From: an uncultured Gemmatimonadales bacterium
Lineage (GTDB): Bacteria; Gemmatimonadota; Gemmatimonadetes; Gemmatimonadales; Gemmatimonadaceae
Assembly: GCA_963850905.1 (NCBI GenBank)
Contig: CAWKMU010000003.1
Span: 2,752,001 to 2,816,000, forward strand
Direction: 5' to 3'
DNA: 64,000 nt
The notes beneath the pieces are model-generated. The model did no database searches. It had not been told where the DNA came from and saw only the letters and a list, made by a program, of their open reading frames with translations. Each line of letters begins with the position of its first letter. The stretch's first letter is position 1. This document shows, piece by piece, positions 30,597-40,465 of the stretch. The position numbers and the translations under genes were made by a program.

Positions 30597-31772
30597 GTGC
30601 ATTCACTGCGTGCCGTCGTGCGCGCCCGGATCGGGCGAGCACGTTCGCGTCTTTTTCGGCGCGGTCCGACGGGGCGTCGCACGACGCTCGCCCTGTCGTT
30701 CCTGGTAGGCCCTCTCGTTCCTCGCGCGGCGACTGCACCCGCGATTCCCGCCGCGGCGGCGTTTCCGGTCGAGGCACCCGATCTCGCTCTGTTGCCTCGG
30801 GCCACGGTCACATTCGACCGGGAGCACCAGCGGCTAACGATTGAGGTTCCGGTCGGTGATGTCCCTGCCGCAGGTTCCTCCGGGATGTACATGCGGGCCT
30901 TGCCAGTGGGGCAGGCGGTGATCCCTGCTTCGGGCACGATCTACTCCATCGCGACCAAGGTCGTCGATGCGGCCGGCCGCGAACTGCCTCGGACGCTGCT
31001 GCACCATGTCAACCTCACAGATCCGACCCGGCGCGAGCTATTCTTGCCGATCTCGTTGCACATCTTCGCGGCGAGCAAGGAAACGCCGCCGCTCGCGCTT
31101 CCGGGCCTCATGCTCGGGCTTCCGCTCGAGCAGGGTCAGCGACTGCTCGTGACGGGGATGGTTGGGAACGAGACCTCGACGGCGTATCGCGGTGTGCGTT
31201 TCCGTGTGATTCTTGGCTATCGGCCGGCAGGACACTTGTGGCCGCTGTGGCACGCGTATCCCATGGTGCTCGACGCGATGTTTCCGCTCGGGAAGGGTGC
31301 GGATGGCAGCAAGGCGTTCGACCTACCGCCGGGCGTAACGGTGAAAAGTTGGGAAGGGGCTCCGGCCGTCGGGGGCTACGTCCTGGGTGTCGGCGGCCAT
31401 GTCCACGACTACGCGCTGGCCGTGGATCTGACCGACGTCACCGCCGGGCACCTCATCTGGCACGGGAGTCCGCAACGCGACGCGGCAGGGCGGGTCCTTC
31501 TGCTGCCGGTCACGCGGTTCTTCAACTGGCACCGGCTCGGCGTACGGATCGAACCGGAGCATCGCTACCGCATCACGGTCACCTATAACAACGCCACGGG
31601 CCATCTGCTCAAGGATGGTGGCATGGGTGCAGTGGGAGGCCTCTTCGTCCCGGACGGCTCGGTGCCGTGGCCCGCGGTCGACACGACGAACGCATTGTAT
31701 CGCGCCGATCTCCAGGAGACGTTCGTGCCTCCGTCGACGACGATGGACGGTATGATGATGAGTGCGCGGTAG
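30597..31772 (+). CDS. Exported protein with copper type II monooxygenase (PHM/DBH)-like motifs
   Basis: LLHHVN, GGHVHDY, GGMG at PHM-like spacing; Met-rich C-terminus. Confidence 0.6.
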   Translation: MHSLRAVVRARIGRARSRLFRRGPTGRRTTLALSFLVGPLVPRAATAPAIPAAAAFPVEAPDLALLPRATVTFDREHQRLTIEVPVGDVPAAGSSGMYMRALPVGQAVIPASGTIYSIATKVVDAAGRELPRTLLHHVNLTDPTRRELFLPISLHIFAASKETPPLALPGLMLGLPLEQGQRLLVTGMVGNETSTAYRGVRFRVILGYRPAGHLWPLWHAYPMVLDAMFPLGKGADGSKAFDLPPGVTVKSWEGAPAVGGYVLGVGGHVHDYALAVDLTDVTAGHLIWHGSPQRDAAGRVLLLPVTRFFNWHRLGVRIEPEHRYRITVTYNNATGHLLKDGGMGAVGGLFVPDGSVPWPAVDTTNALYRADLQETFVPPSTTMDGMMMSAR

Positions 31773-31818
31773 CGGATCACTGGGAAACGCGACAGCTCGC
31801 TGGCGCGCGCGTGCAAAC

Positions 31819-32009
31819 GGGAACGACCACGACACTCGAAAACGGCGGGTAGGGGCGACGCAATGCGTCGCCCTAGGGTGCGGCGTTGTGACGAATGATT
31901 CGTTGTCACGGCGAACACAAAGGCACCGGCACCGTGCACGGTTCAAGCAACGGCGGGCGACGCATTGCGTCGCCCCTGCCCGCCGGATCGCAGCCGTCGT
32001 TGTTTCCCC
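31819..32009. repeat. REPIN-like inverted pair of GTAG-family REPs
   Basis: GTAGGGGCGACGCAATGCGTCGCCC at 31849 and inverted GGGCGACGCATTGCGTCGCCCCTGC at 31955-31979. Confidence 0.85.
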
Positions 32010-32036
32010 AAACCCCAGACCCCACACCCCTGTAGT

Positions 32037-33713
32037 TCAATATTTCCACCAGGGCGTCGTCGTACCCTCCGGCTTCGTCGTCAGCAGATACTCCGCGATC
32101 TCGACGTCCCGCTCGGCGGGCGTGACGGGGCCGGTCCAGCAGTGCGGCTTCCGCTCGCCATACATGAAGAAGCCCTCGTAGTGCGGATTGGTCGTGGTTT
32201 TCATCCACTCCTGGACGTCGCGGGTCGCGCGATCGAGGAAGAACGTGTCCCAGTTACCGACATACACGTGCAGCTTGCCAATCAGCTTGGGGCCCAGCGT
32301 CGCCCAGTTGCGCTGCATGTAGTGCAGGATGTCGGTGCTGTCGCTCCAGTACCTCACGACGTCGGCGTGCATCTCACCAGTGCGGTGATCCCACGCTGGT
32401 TCGAAGTATCCGTCCTTGCCCAGCGGCCCGAACACCGATTCCCAGATGTCGAGTTGATCGCCCGACCGGCCGTGCGTGCCCCTCGCCAGCTCGAAGTAGT
32501 TGCGTTGCTCCGAGGTCACGTTGATCTCATCCTGCAAAGTTCGTGAGTTGACGGTGGGCTCGCGCCGCCAATCGTACTGCTTGTAGAAGGCGTTCACGTC
32601 CTTGTAGACATCCACTCCCTCAACGTCCGAAAACGTGAGGGGATCCGGGCAGTAGCTCCACGTGCCGCCGAAGAAGTCCGGGTGATAGACCTGCAACGCA
32701 AATGATTCCCAACCCCCGGTCGACCCGCCGGACAGAATACGCGCCCAGGGCTCGTGAATGATGCGAAAATGGGATTCGACGTACGGGATCAGCTCCTGCA
32801 TGATCGCGTCGCCGTACGGTCCGTTGGCCGGGGAGTTCACCGCGTACGAGTCGTCGAAGTACGGCGTGGGGTGTTGGAACGTGACGTCGAGGAACCGCGG
32901 GAAATTGTCCTTCGTCCACTCCCTGTAGAACACATTGCCGGGGTCGTCGGTAAATCCCTCCGGGGCCGCTAGACTGAAGTGCCCCTGGATGTAGTGCACG
33001 GGGTAGCTGATGGTCGATGCCTCGTAGTCGCGTGGCAGCAGGATCACGGCCCCGAGATACATCGGCTGTCCCCAGAACTTCGTGAGCAGCGCGCTCTGGA
33101 TTTTGATGCGCTTCACCCACCTGGTGTCTGGAGGCACTACGACCGGCGGCAATACACGGGAGGCCTCGAGGCGAATCGTGTATCCGGCTGCAGGATCGAG
33201 GTGTACCTTGCGCACCTCGCTGACGAGATTGCCCGGCGACGTGGTGAAGTTCTGCCCTTCCCACTGATCATTGTGCATCCAGACGACGTGGCCGTCGGCG
33301 CGATGGAACTCGGTGTACACGTCGACCAGTGCCTGGACGAAGTAGTCACCCGCCGGGATCTGCCCGAGACGTTCCACGGGAGATCCGAGGTCACTGGCGT
33401 CGATCGTCGCGATTTGTCCCGGAACGAGCTTCTCGACATCGCGACCAAAGAGCGGGGCGCCGGTTCGGCCGATCTGCTGGCGCGGTTCGGCAGGGACTCG
33501 TTCCTGGCTTCCAAAGCGGACCATGGAGTCAGTCCGAGAGATCATCACGAACACACGCCCTGTGATGGGTCCGGAATGAGCTGTTGCCGGAAAAGCAATC
33601 TCGAACTTCGTACGCGAAGCGGATCCCTGTGCGGCGACCGGTCCGGCGATCGCGATGAGTGCAACGCCGGCGACGACTAGTGGCCGCCAAGTGTGCGACG
33701 TGAACCCGACCAT
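32037..33713 (-). CDS. Exported alpha/beta-hydrolase (esterase-like)
   Basis: GGSTGG nucleophile elbow, NGPYGDA..ELIP; signal peptide. Confidence 0.85.
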   Translation of the reverse strand: MVGFTSHTWRPLVVAGVALIAIAGPVAAQGSASRTKFEIAFPATAHSGPITGRVFVMISRTDSMVRFGSQERVPAEPRQQIGRTGAPLFGRDVEKLVPGQIATIDASDLGSPVERLGQIPAGDYFVQALVDVYTEFHRADGHVVWMHNDQWEGQNFTTSPGNLVSEVRKVHLDPAAGYTIRLEASRVLPPVVVPPDTRWVKRIKIQSALLTKFWGQPMYLGAVILLPRDYEASTISYPVHYIQGHFSLAAPEGFTDDPGNVFYREWTKDNFPRFLDVTFQHPTPYFDDSYAVNSPANGPYGDAIMQELIPYVESHFRIIHEPWARILSGGSTGGWESFALQVYHPDFFGGTWSYCPDPLTFSDVEGVDVYKDVNAFYKQYDWRREPTVNSRTLQDEINVTSEQRNYFELARGTHGRSGDQLDIWESVFGPLGKDGYFEPAWDHRTGEMHADVVRYWSDSTDILHYMQRNWATLGPKLIGKLHVYVGNWDTFFLDRATRDVQEWMKTTTNPHYEGFFMYGERKPHCWTGPVTPAERDVEIAEYLLTTKPEGTTTPWWKY

Positions 33714-33803
33714 CCAATCCTCCGCTGTGAGCTGACACTGTCAGGCTGTTGGCGGAGAATATGGGTAGAGCAGGGGTTAGGGATTAGGGGTTCGGGGCTA
33801 GGG

Positions 33804-33852
33804 AAAAAACCGAAGGGCCAGCCGCAATGCACAGCGACTGGCCCTATCGGTT
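33804..33852 (-). terminator. Intrinsic terminator bracketed by inverted heptamer arrays (33772-33881)
   Basis: Minus-strand stem ccgatagggccagtcgc...gcggctggcccttcgg followed by TTTTTT. Confidence 0.7.
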
Positions 33853-33886
33853 GGTTTCCTAACCCCTGACCCCTGACCCCCGTCCG

Positions 33887-34090
33887 TCAGCAACTATCCC
33901 CGCCAGGCGGGCCGAACAACGACCGGATGAGCCAGACGACAAGGGCGATGGGAAGGACCACGAACAGAAGCACCTTCAGCGCCAGGATGGTGAACAGTCC
34001 CACAGCAATCAGTATCAGCACCGGAAGGCCGAAGATCGCCATCGTAAGGAATGGGCGCAGCGCAAAAAGACGAAGGAGGGCGGCGAGCAT
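33887..34090 (-). CDS. Small hydrophobic membrane protein (67 aa)
   Basis: MLAALLRLFALRPFLTMAIFGLPVLILIAVGLFTILALKVLLFVVLPIALVVWLIR; GGAG RBS; terminator downstream. Confidence 0.75.
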   Translation of the reverse strand: MLAALLRLFALRPFLTMAIFGLPVLILIAVGLFTILALKVLLFVVLPIALVVWLIRSLFGPPGGDSC

Positions 34091-34152
34091 CGGTGGGAGC
34101 TCCGGAAATGGTGTCACTTACCATACGGTGCGGGCCGTCCACGGGTTTCGTT

Positions 34153-34678
34153 CTATTCCCCTGTCGCCCGGGAAAGCGCCCGCAGCACCCCGGGTGGTAG
34201 AAACCAGAATGAGTTGACCCTCGCCGCGGTGGGGTCGACCCGAGAATTCGATCGCGCACGCGCCGCCCTTGCGCAACGGGGTCCGCGATTCATGGATGCC
34301 AGTCAGCAGCCAGGTCGCAAACGTGCCCAGGTGCGGCTCGTGGCCGACGACCGCCACGGTGGCGCGAGCCGGTTGTCGCGCGAGCCAGTCGAGGCCCGCC
34401 TCGAGCGATGCATCTGGTTCAAAGGCAGTCGCGGTGGTGACGGGGAGGTCGTCATAGGCGGCCGAAACAATCGCCGCCGTTTGCGTGGCGCGGAGCAACG
34501 GACTCGAGGCAAGCACATCGATGGCTGGTTCGAGGCGACGCAGCCCTTTCGCGGCGCGTTCCATTTTGGCGCGACCCTCTTTCGTCAGTGGGCGCAGCGC
34601 GTCGTCGTCGCCGCGTGCGCGCGCCGTGACTCGCCGATCCTGTGCGATGGCGTGCCGGATGAGAATTAGCCGTGCCAA
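34153..34678 (-). CDS. sixA: SixA-type histidine phosphatase; +1 frameshift near 34208
   Basis: LIRHA, RPLT..G, SSPLLRATQTA, VGHEP; removing one base gives a SixA-like end LIWFLPPGVLRALSRATGE* (stop 34153). Confidence 0.85.
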
Positions 34679-35151
34679 TCCGGGATCCTGAAGGTCTGCT
34701 CGTGCCCTTCGTGGTTGCCGATTCTCAGGTCCTGGAGACGCGCCAGTCTCGCAGCCTCAACGGTCGCCGCTTGTTGCGCGCGTGCAGTGACGAGCCGCCA
34801 GAGTCCTCCGAACTGCACTTCGAACGCGGTGCGGCAGACGCGCGTGACGTTGTGCTGCTCGTCCGGATCGACCGTGTGAGGTCTCGCAACGACCTGCGAC
34901 ACGAAGAAGTTCCGGCTGGCTTCGTCCGGGGTGAGGACCGAGTCCGCCGACGGGAGCGCATTGACCTCGCACCACCACAGAACAGGTGCGGGCGGCGGCG
35001 GGGTTTTTTTCGCTTTTTGGACCGGCTCCGGCGGTGGCGGGGGTGCCGCTTGGCCGGGCTGGCCGGGAGCCTGTGAAAGGGCGATCCGCGGGGTCGCGAG
35101 GGCGAGTATCACGAGGGCGGCGGTCATGAGCATGCCGCGACCGTCCGGCAT
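34666..35151 (-). CDS. Hypothetical exported protein; start uncertain
   Basis: Hydrophobic leader, Pro-rich linker, two-Cys domain; overlaps the sixA start. Confidence 0.6.
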   Translation of the reverse strand: MPDGRGMLMTAALVILALATPRIALSQAPGQPGQAAPPPPPEPVQKAKKTPPPPAPVLWWCEVNALPSADSVLTPDEASRNFFVSQVVARPHTVDPDEQHNVTRVCRTAFEVQFGGLWRLVTARAQQAATVEAARLARLQDLRIGNHEGHEQTFRIPDWHG

Positions 35152-35280
35152 GCGTGCGTGTCGGAACGGCAGGTGCCTGCGGTTGGACGCCAGCGAGCTA
35201 TACATGACCGTGGAACGCTTCACCCATCGTGCCAGTCCACCCAGCCGGAAAGAGCGTGGAAGGTCGTGCCTGTGGCCATA

Positions 35281-37539
35281 TCAGCTTCCCAGCCCCGGCT
35301 CCCGGGCCATTGCCCCAACATGCTGCGCGGCAGGCACCATAGATAGCGGTGCCGTCACGTTGACCGTCGCGGTCCCCGCCGCGCCGTGACTCGAGGCAAC
35401 TACTGTGATCGCGCTGCCGACGTCGAACGGCGTCGGGGTAACCAGGCCGTCGTCCGTAATCCGACCAATTGGCGTACTCGACCAGTCGACGTGGGGGGTG
35501 TTGACGACCTGCCCCCCGCCATTGGTGACGACCGCTTGCATCTGCACGGTCTGCAAGCTGGTAATCGTCGTGTCGGCCGGCTGCACGGTGACGGAGGATC
35601 CGAGCCCGGGCACCGCGGGCGTTACGTTGACGGTGGCCGACCCGGATTGACCACCGCTTGTCGCGATGACGGTGATTGCCGAACCGCCATCAATCGCCTG
35701 TGGCGTCACGAGCCCGGTCGCTGATACGCGTCCCACCGGCACGCTGGTCCACACGACCAATGGCATCGCGACGACGTGACCGTTGACGTCCGTCACCGAG
35801 TCCCGCATCTGTGCCGTTTGCGCCGCGCTGATCGTGGTGTCCGCTGGTTGCACGACGACGGACTGGATCGCGGCGGGTGACACGTTTACGGTACCGGTCC
35901 CCGAGTGACCACCGCTCAATGCAGTGACGGTGATGGCCGTCCCAGCATCTATCGCCTGAGGCGTGACGAGACCGGTGGCGGACACGCGCCCTGCAGGGTT
36001 GGTCGACCAGGCGACGACCGCATTGCTTACGACATGGCCGGTGACATCGGTGACGACCACTCGCATCTGGGCGCTTTGCGTCGGAGCGATGGTGGTATCA
36101 GCCGGCTGAACTGTGACCGACGCAATGGCGGGCGGCGGCGGAATCGAGACGTTGACTATCGCGCTACCGGATTTTGCTCCACTCGAGGCGACGATACTGA
36201 TCGCCACGCCGGTATCGCCAGGCAGCGGTATGACGAGGCCGGCCTGCGAGACGCGCCCTGCAGGAGTGCTCGACCAGGTAACGGTTGGCGACGTCACGGT
36301 GTGCCCGAGCGAATCCACGACCACGACTCGCATCTGGGCTCGGCCCGTCGGCGCAATGGTGGTGTCGGCAGGCTGGACGGTCACGGATCCCACAGGAACC
36401 GAGAACACGGCGACGGCAGCTGTTCCGCTCTTGCCTTGGCTCATGCCCGTGATCGTTGTGATCCCCACACCGACACCTGTAACCATGCCGCTCGCGTTCA
36501 CCTTCGCGACGGCAGTGTTGCTGGACGAGTATGTGACAGTTGCCCCCGCGATCGATTGGCCGGCCGCATTTGTAACTTGCGCCGCCAGTTGCTCCGTTTG
36601 ACCGGCGAACAGAGAGGATGTTGATGGCGAGAGCACCACAGAGCTGACTGGCGCCGCAGTGATGGTGACTGTGTCTGTGCCAGTGACGCCCTCCGCACTC
36701 GCTTGAATGACGGCCCTCCCCGGAGAGATGCCTGTCACCACACCTGTCGCCGAGACGGTTGCCACCGAGCTCGCAAGCGATTGCCACGCGACTTGCTGGC
36801 TCGCCAGCGGATTACCAGCCGAATCCTTTGGGGTCGCCGTCAGTTGTGTTGTCTGTTGCACGAAGACGATCGGATCGCGAGGTGTGATGACAATGGCGGC
36901 GATTGGCACCGCGGTCACCGTAATCGTGGCCGTCCCGCTGACGGTGCTGACGGTGCCCGTGATGTGCGCCGTCCCCGCAGCGCGAGCGATGACCACCGCC
37001 GCCGCATCCACGGATGCGACTGATGCGTTGTCGCTGCTCCAGGTGACGACTTGGCCGGGCACCGGCGCGCCCGCGGCATTTTTGACAGTATCGCTGAGCT
37101 GCAGCGTCGTGTTGATCCTCAAGGTGGCGCTCGACGGGACGACGACAACGGCGGCAATGGGCTGGCCGACGACCGCAATAATCGCGACGCCCGACACGCC
37201 GCCCATGCTGGCGGCGATTTTCGCCGTGCCTACATTCCGCCCCGAGACGACGCCCGCCTGATTGACTGTCGCAATCGTCGTGTCGCTCGAGGACCAGAAA
37301 AACGACGCGGTGGAAATGGGGTTGCCCGACGCATCGCGGGCCACGGCGCTGAGCGTCGTTGTCCTGCCCACCGACACGGCGCTCGATTCGGGACTCACCG
37401 TGATGCTCGCGGCGCTTCCGCCTGGGCTAGTGGCATCGTGTCCACTGGCGCACGCCAGGATGACCGCGCTCACTGTGGCACCGACGACCGCCGCGCGTGC
37501 GCTGCGGCGCAAACCTGACACGTAGATATGGACCCCCAT
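35281..37539 (-). CDS. Lipoprotein with eight tandem Ig-like (Big_2) domains
   Basis: Lipobox VILAC; eight ~85-aa repeats of the type SVTVxP...W(S/T)S...V...G.V...G...I.A..G..SG.A.V.V. Confidence 0.88.
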   Translation of the reverse strand: MGVHIYVSGLRRSARAAVVGATVSAVILACASGHDATSPGGSAASITVSPESSAVSVGRTTTLSAVARDASGNPISTASFFWSSSDTTIATVNQAGVVSGRNVGTAKIAASMGGVSGVAIIAVVGQPIAAVVVVPSSATLRINTTLQLSDTVKNAAGAPVPGQVVTWSSDNASVASVDAAAVVIARAAGTAHITGTVSTVSGTATITVTAVPIAAIVITPRDPIVFVQQTTQLTATPKDSAGNPLASQQVAWQSLASSVATVSATGVVTGISPGRAVIQASAEGVTGTDTVTITAAPVSSVVLSPSTSSLFAGQTEQLAAQVTNAAGQSIAGATVTYSSSNTAVAKVNASGMVTGVGVGITTITGMSQGKSGTAAVAVFSVPVGSVTVQPADTTIAPTGRAQMRVVVVDSLGHTVTSPTVTWSSTPAGRVSQAGLVIPLPGDTGVAISIVASSGAKSGSAIVNVSIPPPPAIASVTVQPADTTIAPTQSAQMRVVVTDVTGHVVSNAVVAWSTNPAGRVSATGLVTPQAIDAGTAITVTALSGGHSGTGTVNVSPAAIQSVVVQPADTTISAAQTAQMRDSVTDVNGHVVAMPLVVWTSVPVGRVSATGLVTPQAIDGGSAITVIATSGGQSGSATVNVTPAVPGLGSSVTVQPADTTITSLQTVQMQAVVTNGGGQVVNTPHVDWSSTPIGRITDDGLVTPTPFDVGSAITVVASSHGAAGTATVNVTAPLSMVPAAQHVGAMAREPGLGS

Positions 37540-37772
37540 CTGCACCCACAACCGGCGAGCTCGACTGGCTACGCTGACCGACTCGCCCTGGCATGAGTCG
37601 TAAACGCGCGTTGCCCCACGATTCCGGCTCCTCTCCCGAGCTGCCGGCATGATGACCCTGGATGGCAAAGGACGGACCGCGCCGCTGGCGTGCAGTTGCG
37701 ACTGGGAGCCTCCTCCCGGCGGGCGTACCGACCCCTACCTTTCTTACCCATGCCGAACATCTGGGTCGTCGA

Positions 37773-39896
37773 ATGAGCGAAGCCATTGGCGGCGAAACGG
37801 TCGTCAATCGCGAACCAGGGCTTGCGGACGTACCGCCCGGCGGGCGCGCGGCGCTGGGAACCGCGCGGCCAGCGCCCAGCATCGCGGCGGAGCTCCGTGC
37901 ATCGCGGGACTGGCGCTCGACCACCCTGGGCCCCGCGGCCGACTTGTCAGGCATCGACTTGGGCGGGGAAGACCTCCGCGGGGTCGACTTCACTGGCGCG
38001 CCGCTCGCTGGGGCGAACTTCGCCAACGCGAATCTGGCCGACGCCAACTTCAGCTGGGCGCGGCTCGCTCACGCCGACTTTACCGGCGCCACGGGGCTGG
38101 TCGGGTCGCAGTTCGCCCGGGCAGATCTCACCGGCGCGCGCGTGCCGTCGACCGTCCGGTTTGTTGCCTTCGAGACGGCAAACGAAGTTGCCATCGGCAC
38201 GGGCAAGCTCTTTCTGACCTTGCTCCTCGTCTGTGCGTATTCGTGGCTGACCATCAACTCCACGCTCGACGCGAAGCTGCTAACCGATACGGGTGCGTCG
38301 CAGCTGCCCATTCTGAACGCGCAGATCCCCATCGTGAACTTCTACTCGCTGGTCCCGCTCGGACTGGCGGGCCTCGCCCTGATCACCATGCTCCAAGGGC
38401 AGCGCCTCTGGGCGGCCGTTGGTGCTGCGCCAGCTGCCTTGCCCAATGGAACGACCATGGCCGATCGAGCCGGCGCCTGGATCCTGGGCCCCTGGGCGGC
38501 CGCGCGGACGATGCCCGCGGCATCCCGCGGGTTCTTGACGCGCCTCCAGGCTCGCATCGGCGCGCTGATTGGCTGGTGGCTCGTGCCCATGACCGTTGTA
38601 TGGTTCTGGGCCCGCTACCTCCATCGCCACGACTGGGCGGTCACCGCGATTCAGTTGCTGGCGTTGACCGTGACTTGCACCGCTGCAGTCGCCTTTCAGC
38701 GACTTGCCTACCAGACGCTGCCGGAGACGTACCCCGGACCTTCGGCCTCGGCCGGACCTGTTTCCTGGCGAGCGCGCCTGCACGATGTCCGGCCGACCCT
38801 CGCGACGGCGGTCGGAGTGCCGCTGCTATTCGGCGCGCTGTCGTACGCGGCGATCCTGGGCGTTCACCCTGCGGCAGACGCCGAGGTCATTGGCAAGCAA
38901 ACGGGGCAGCAACGCCCGACGCTGTCGCTCGAACGCACGGTGCCGGCGCTGGCGGCCGTTGTGCCAGAGCTCCTGCAAAGGATCGGTGTCCGACCGGTCG
39001 CGCAACTCGAGGAAGCGGAAGTCTCCACTCGCCTCACGAGTGCGACCGCGAGCGACACCAGCGCCGACGCCAAGGCGACCGGCGCACGTCTCATCGGCGC
39101 CGACCTGCGCTTCGCCTCGGCGGAGCGCGTCTACCTTCCGCTGGCGAACCTGACGGGTGCGGATCTGCTGGGCGCGTACCTCTGGTCCGCTGACCTCCGC
39201 GGGGCGAATCTGACCGGCGCGAACCTCGCGGGTGCGCTCCTGTTCCTGGCAGACGTGCGCAAGGTGCGCGCGAGTGCCGTCTCGGTCGTCGCGCGTGTCA
39301 TGAAGAGCGAAACTGGGACGTGGCGCGACACGCTGTATTGCTCCCGCACGTCGTTCGGCGCAGCCAATCTCCGCTACGCCCGCCTGAATGGAGCCGATCT
39401 CCGGGGCGCATCGTTCGACGAAGGGATGCTGCAGGGCGCGACGTTCACCCACGCTCGACTGACGCATGCGACGTTTGTCGGCGCTGATCTCGACGGCGCC
39501 GACTTCCGGGGAGCGTTCGGCCTCACTGCCGACCAGATCATGGCGGCGCAGCACACCGACGCGCTGTACGATTCGACTCTGTTGGCCACGCTCAAGACGC
39601 GAAGCCCCGTGCGCTTCTCACAGTACGACGCAGCGGCGATCGCGGCCGAAGCGGAGCAGGAACGGCTGTCCGGCGACATCGAGCCGGACACGCTCTCCGG
39701 TGACCGTCTCCTTGCGCGCCAGGCGCTGATGCGCCGGGCATACAAGAACGGGCCCGCGGAGCAGGTCGTGGAGGGCGACGCGAACGCGAATGCGTGGCGG
39801 GACTGGAACGGCAAAGGCGAGGACCCGGTCCCGCATGGCTGCTTCGTCGTGCGCGTGATGCTGCCGGGTCAACCCGCGCAACGACCGCCAGCCTAG
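37773..39896 (+). CDS. Pentapeptide-repeat membrane protein
   Basis: A(D/N)LxG repeats at both ends (ANFANANLADANFS; ADLRGANLTGANLAG) flanking several TM segments. Confidence 0.85.
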   Translation: MSEAIGGETVVNREPGLADVPPGGRAALGTARPAPSIAAELRASRDWRSTTLGPAADLSGIDLGGEDLRGVDFTGAPLAGANFANANLADANFSWARLAHADFTGATGLVGSQFARADLTGARVPSTVRFVAFETANEVAIGTGKLFLTLLLVCAYSWLTINSTLDAKLLTDTGASQLPILNAQIPIVNFYSLVPLGLAGLALITMLQGQRLWAAVGAAPAALPNGTTMADRAGAWILGPWAAARTMPAASRGFLTRLQARIGALIGWWLVPMTVVWFWARYLHRHDWAVTAIQLLALTVTCTAAVAFQRLAYQTLPETYPGPSASAGPVSWRARLHDVRPTLATAVGVPLLFGALSYAAILGVHPAADAEVIGKQTGQQRPTLSLERTVPALAAVVPELLQRIGVRPVAQLEEAEVSTRLTSATASDTSADAKATGARLIGADLRFASAERVYLPLANLTGADLLGAYLWSADLRGANLTGANLAGALLFLADVRKVRASAVSVVARVMKSETGTWRDTLYCSRTSFGAANLRYARLNGADLRGASFDEGMLQGATFTHARLTHATFVGADLDGADFRGAFGLTADQIMAAQHTDALYDSTLLATLKTRSPVRFSQYDAAAIAAEAEQERLSGDIEPDTLSGDRLLARQALMRRAYKNGPAEQVVEGDANANAWRDWNGKGEDPVPHGCFVVRVMLPGQPAQRPPA

Positions 39897-40465
39897 TCGT
39901 CGTCGTCGCAGCGGCGAGCTCCATGCTCGTGGTCGTGGTCGTGGTGATCCTGATCAATACTGTCGTCGTCGTGGTCGACGTCGCGTTCAATGTCGCGCTC
40001 GGCTTCGCGCTGCGCGCGCACCGCCTCACGACGCGCCAGCGCCTGCGCGTGAAACGCGATCCGCTGGCCGAAGTCTGCCCAATGGCTGCCAGCCTCCTGC
40101 CACCGCGATCCTTCGTTGCGCCAACGTTCGGACATGCGCCGTGATTCGCGCTCGAGCTGCTCGACGGACGACGACAGGTCCCCCTCATGATCGCCCGGCG
40201 CGAGCTGGGCCGCCGCGGCGAGTGCGTCGTCCATCTCTCGCATCGCACTGGCCACCGCGCTGTCCGCGGTCGCGAGCCGCCTGCGTGCCACGTCGATCCG
40301 GTCCAGGGCGCGGTCGACTGAATCTGCCGCAGCACTCGAGGTGCTCCGGGGAGCGTTCTGCGCTGGCGCCACTCCGCAGGCCGCGATGCAGACAGTGACG
40401 ACCGTAGACAGCGCTGCCCACGCCGCTGTCGCGCGATGCCGGACGATTGCCTGGTAAGCACCCAT
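39893..40465 (-). CDS. Helical lipoprotein with Asp/His-rich tail
   Basis: AAGGAGGG RBS, ATG 40465, lipobox CIAAC, coiled-coil-like body, tail DHDDDSIDQDHHDHDHEH. Confidence 0.72.
   Translation of the reverse strand: MGAYQAIVRHRATAAWAALSTVVTVCIAACGVAPAQNAPRSTSSAAADSVDRALDRIDVARRRLATADSAVASAMREMDDALAAAAQLAPGDHEGDLSSSVEQLERESRRMSERWRNEGSRWQEAGSHWADFGQRIAFHAQALARREAVRAQREAERDIERDVDHDDDSIDQDHHDHDHEHGARRCDDDD

Noticed and set aside
30503..30937. N-terminal extension of the M14 peptidase to 1108 aa
   Set aside because: Overlaps the divergent gene; the signal peptide begins at ATG 30502
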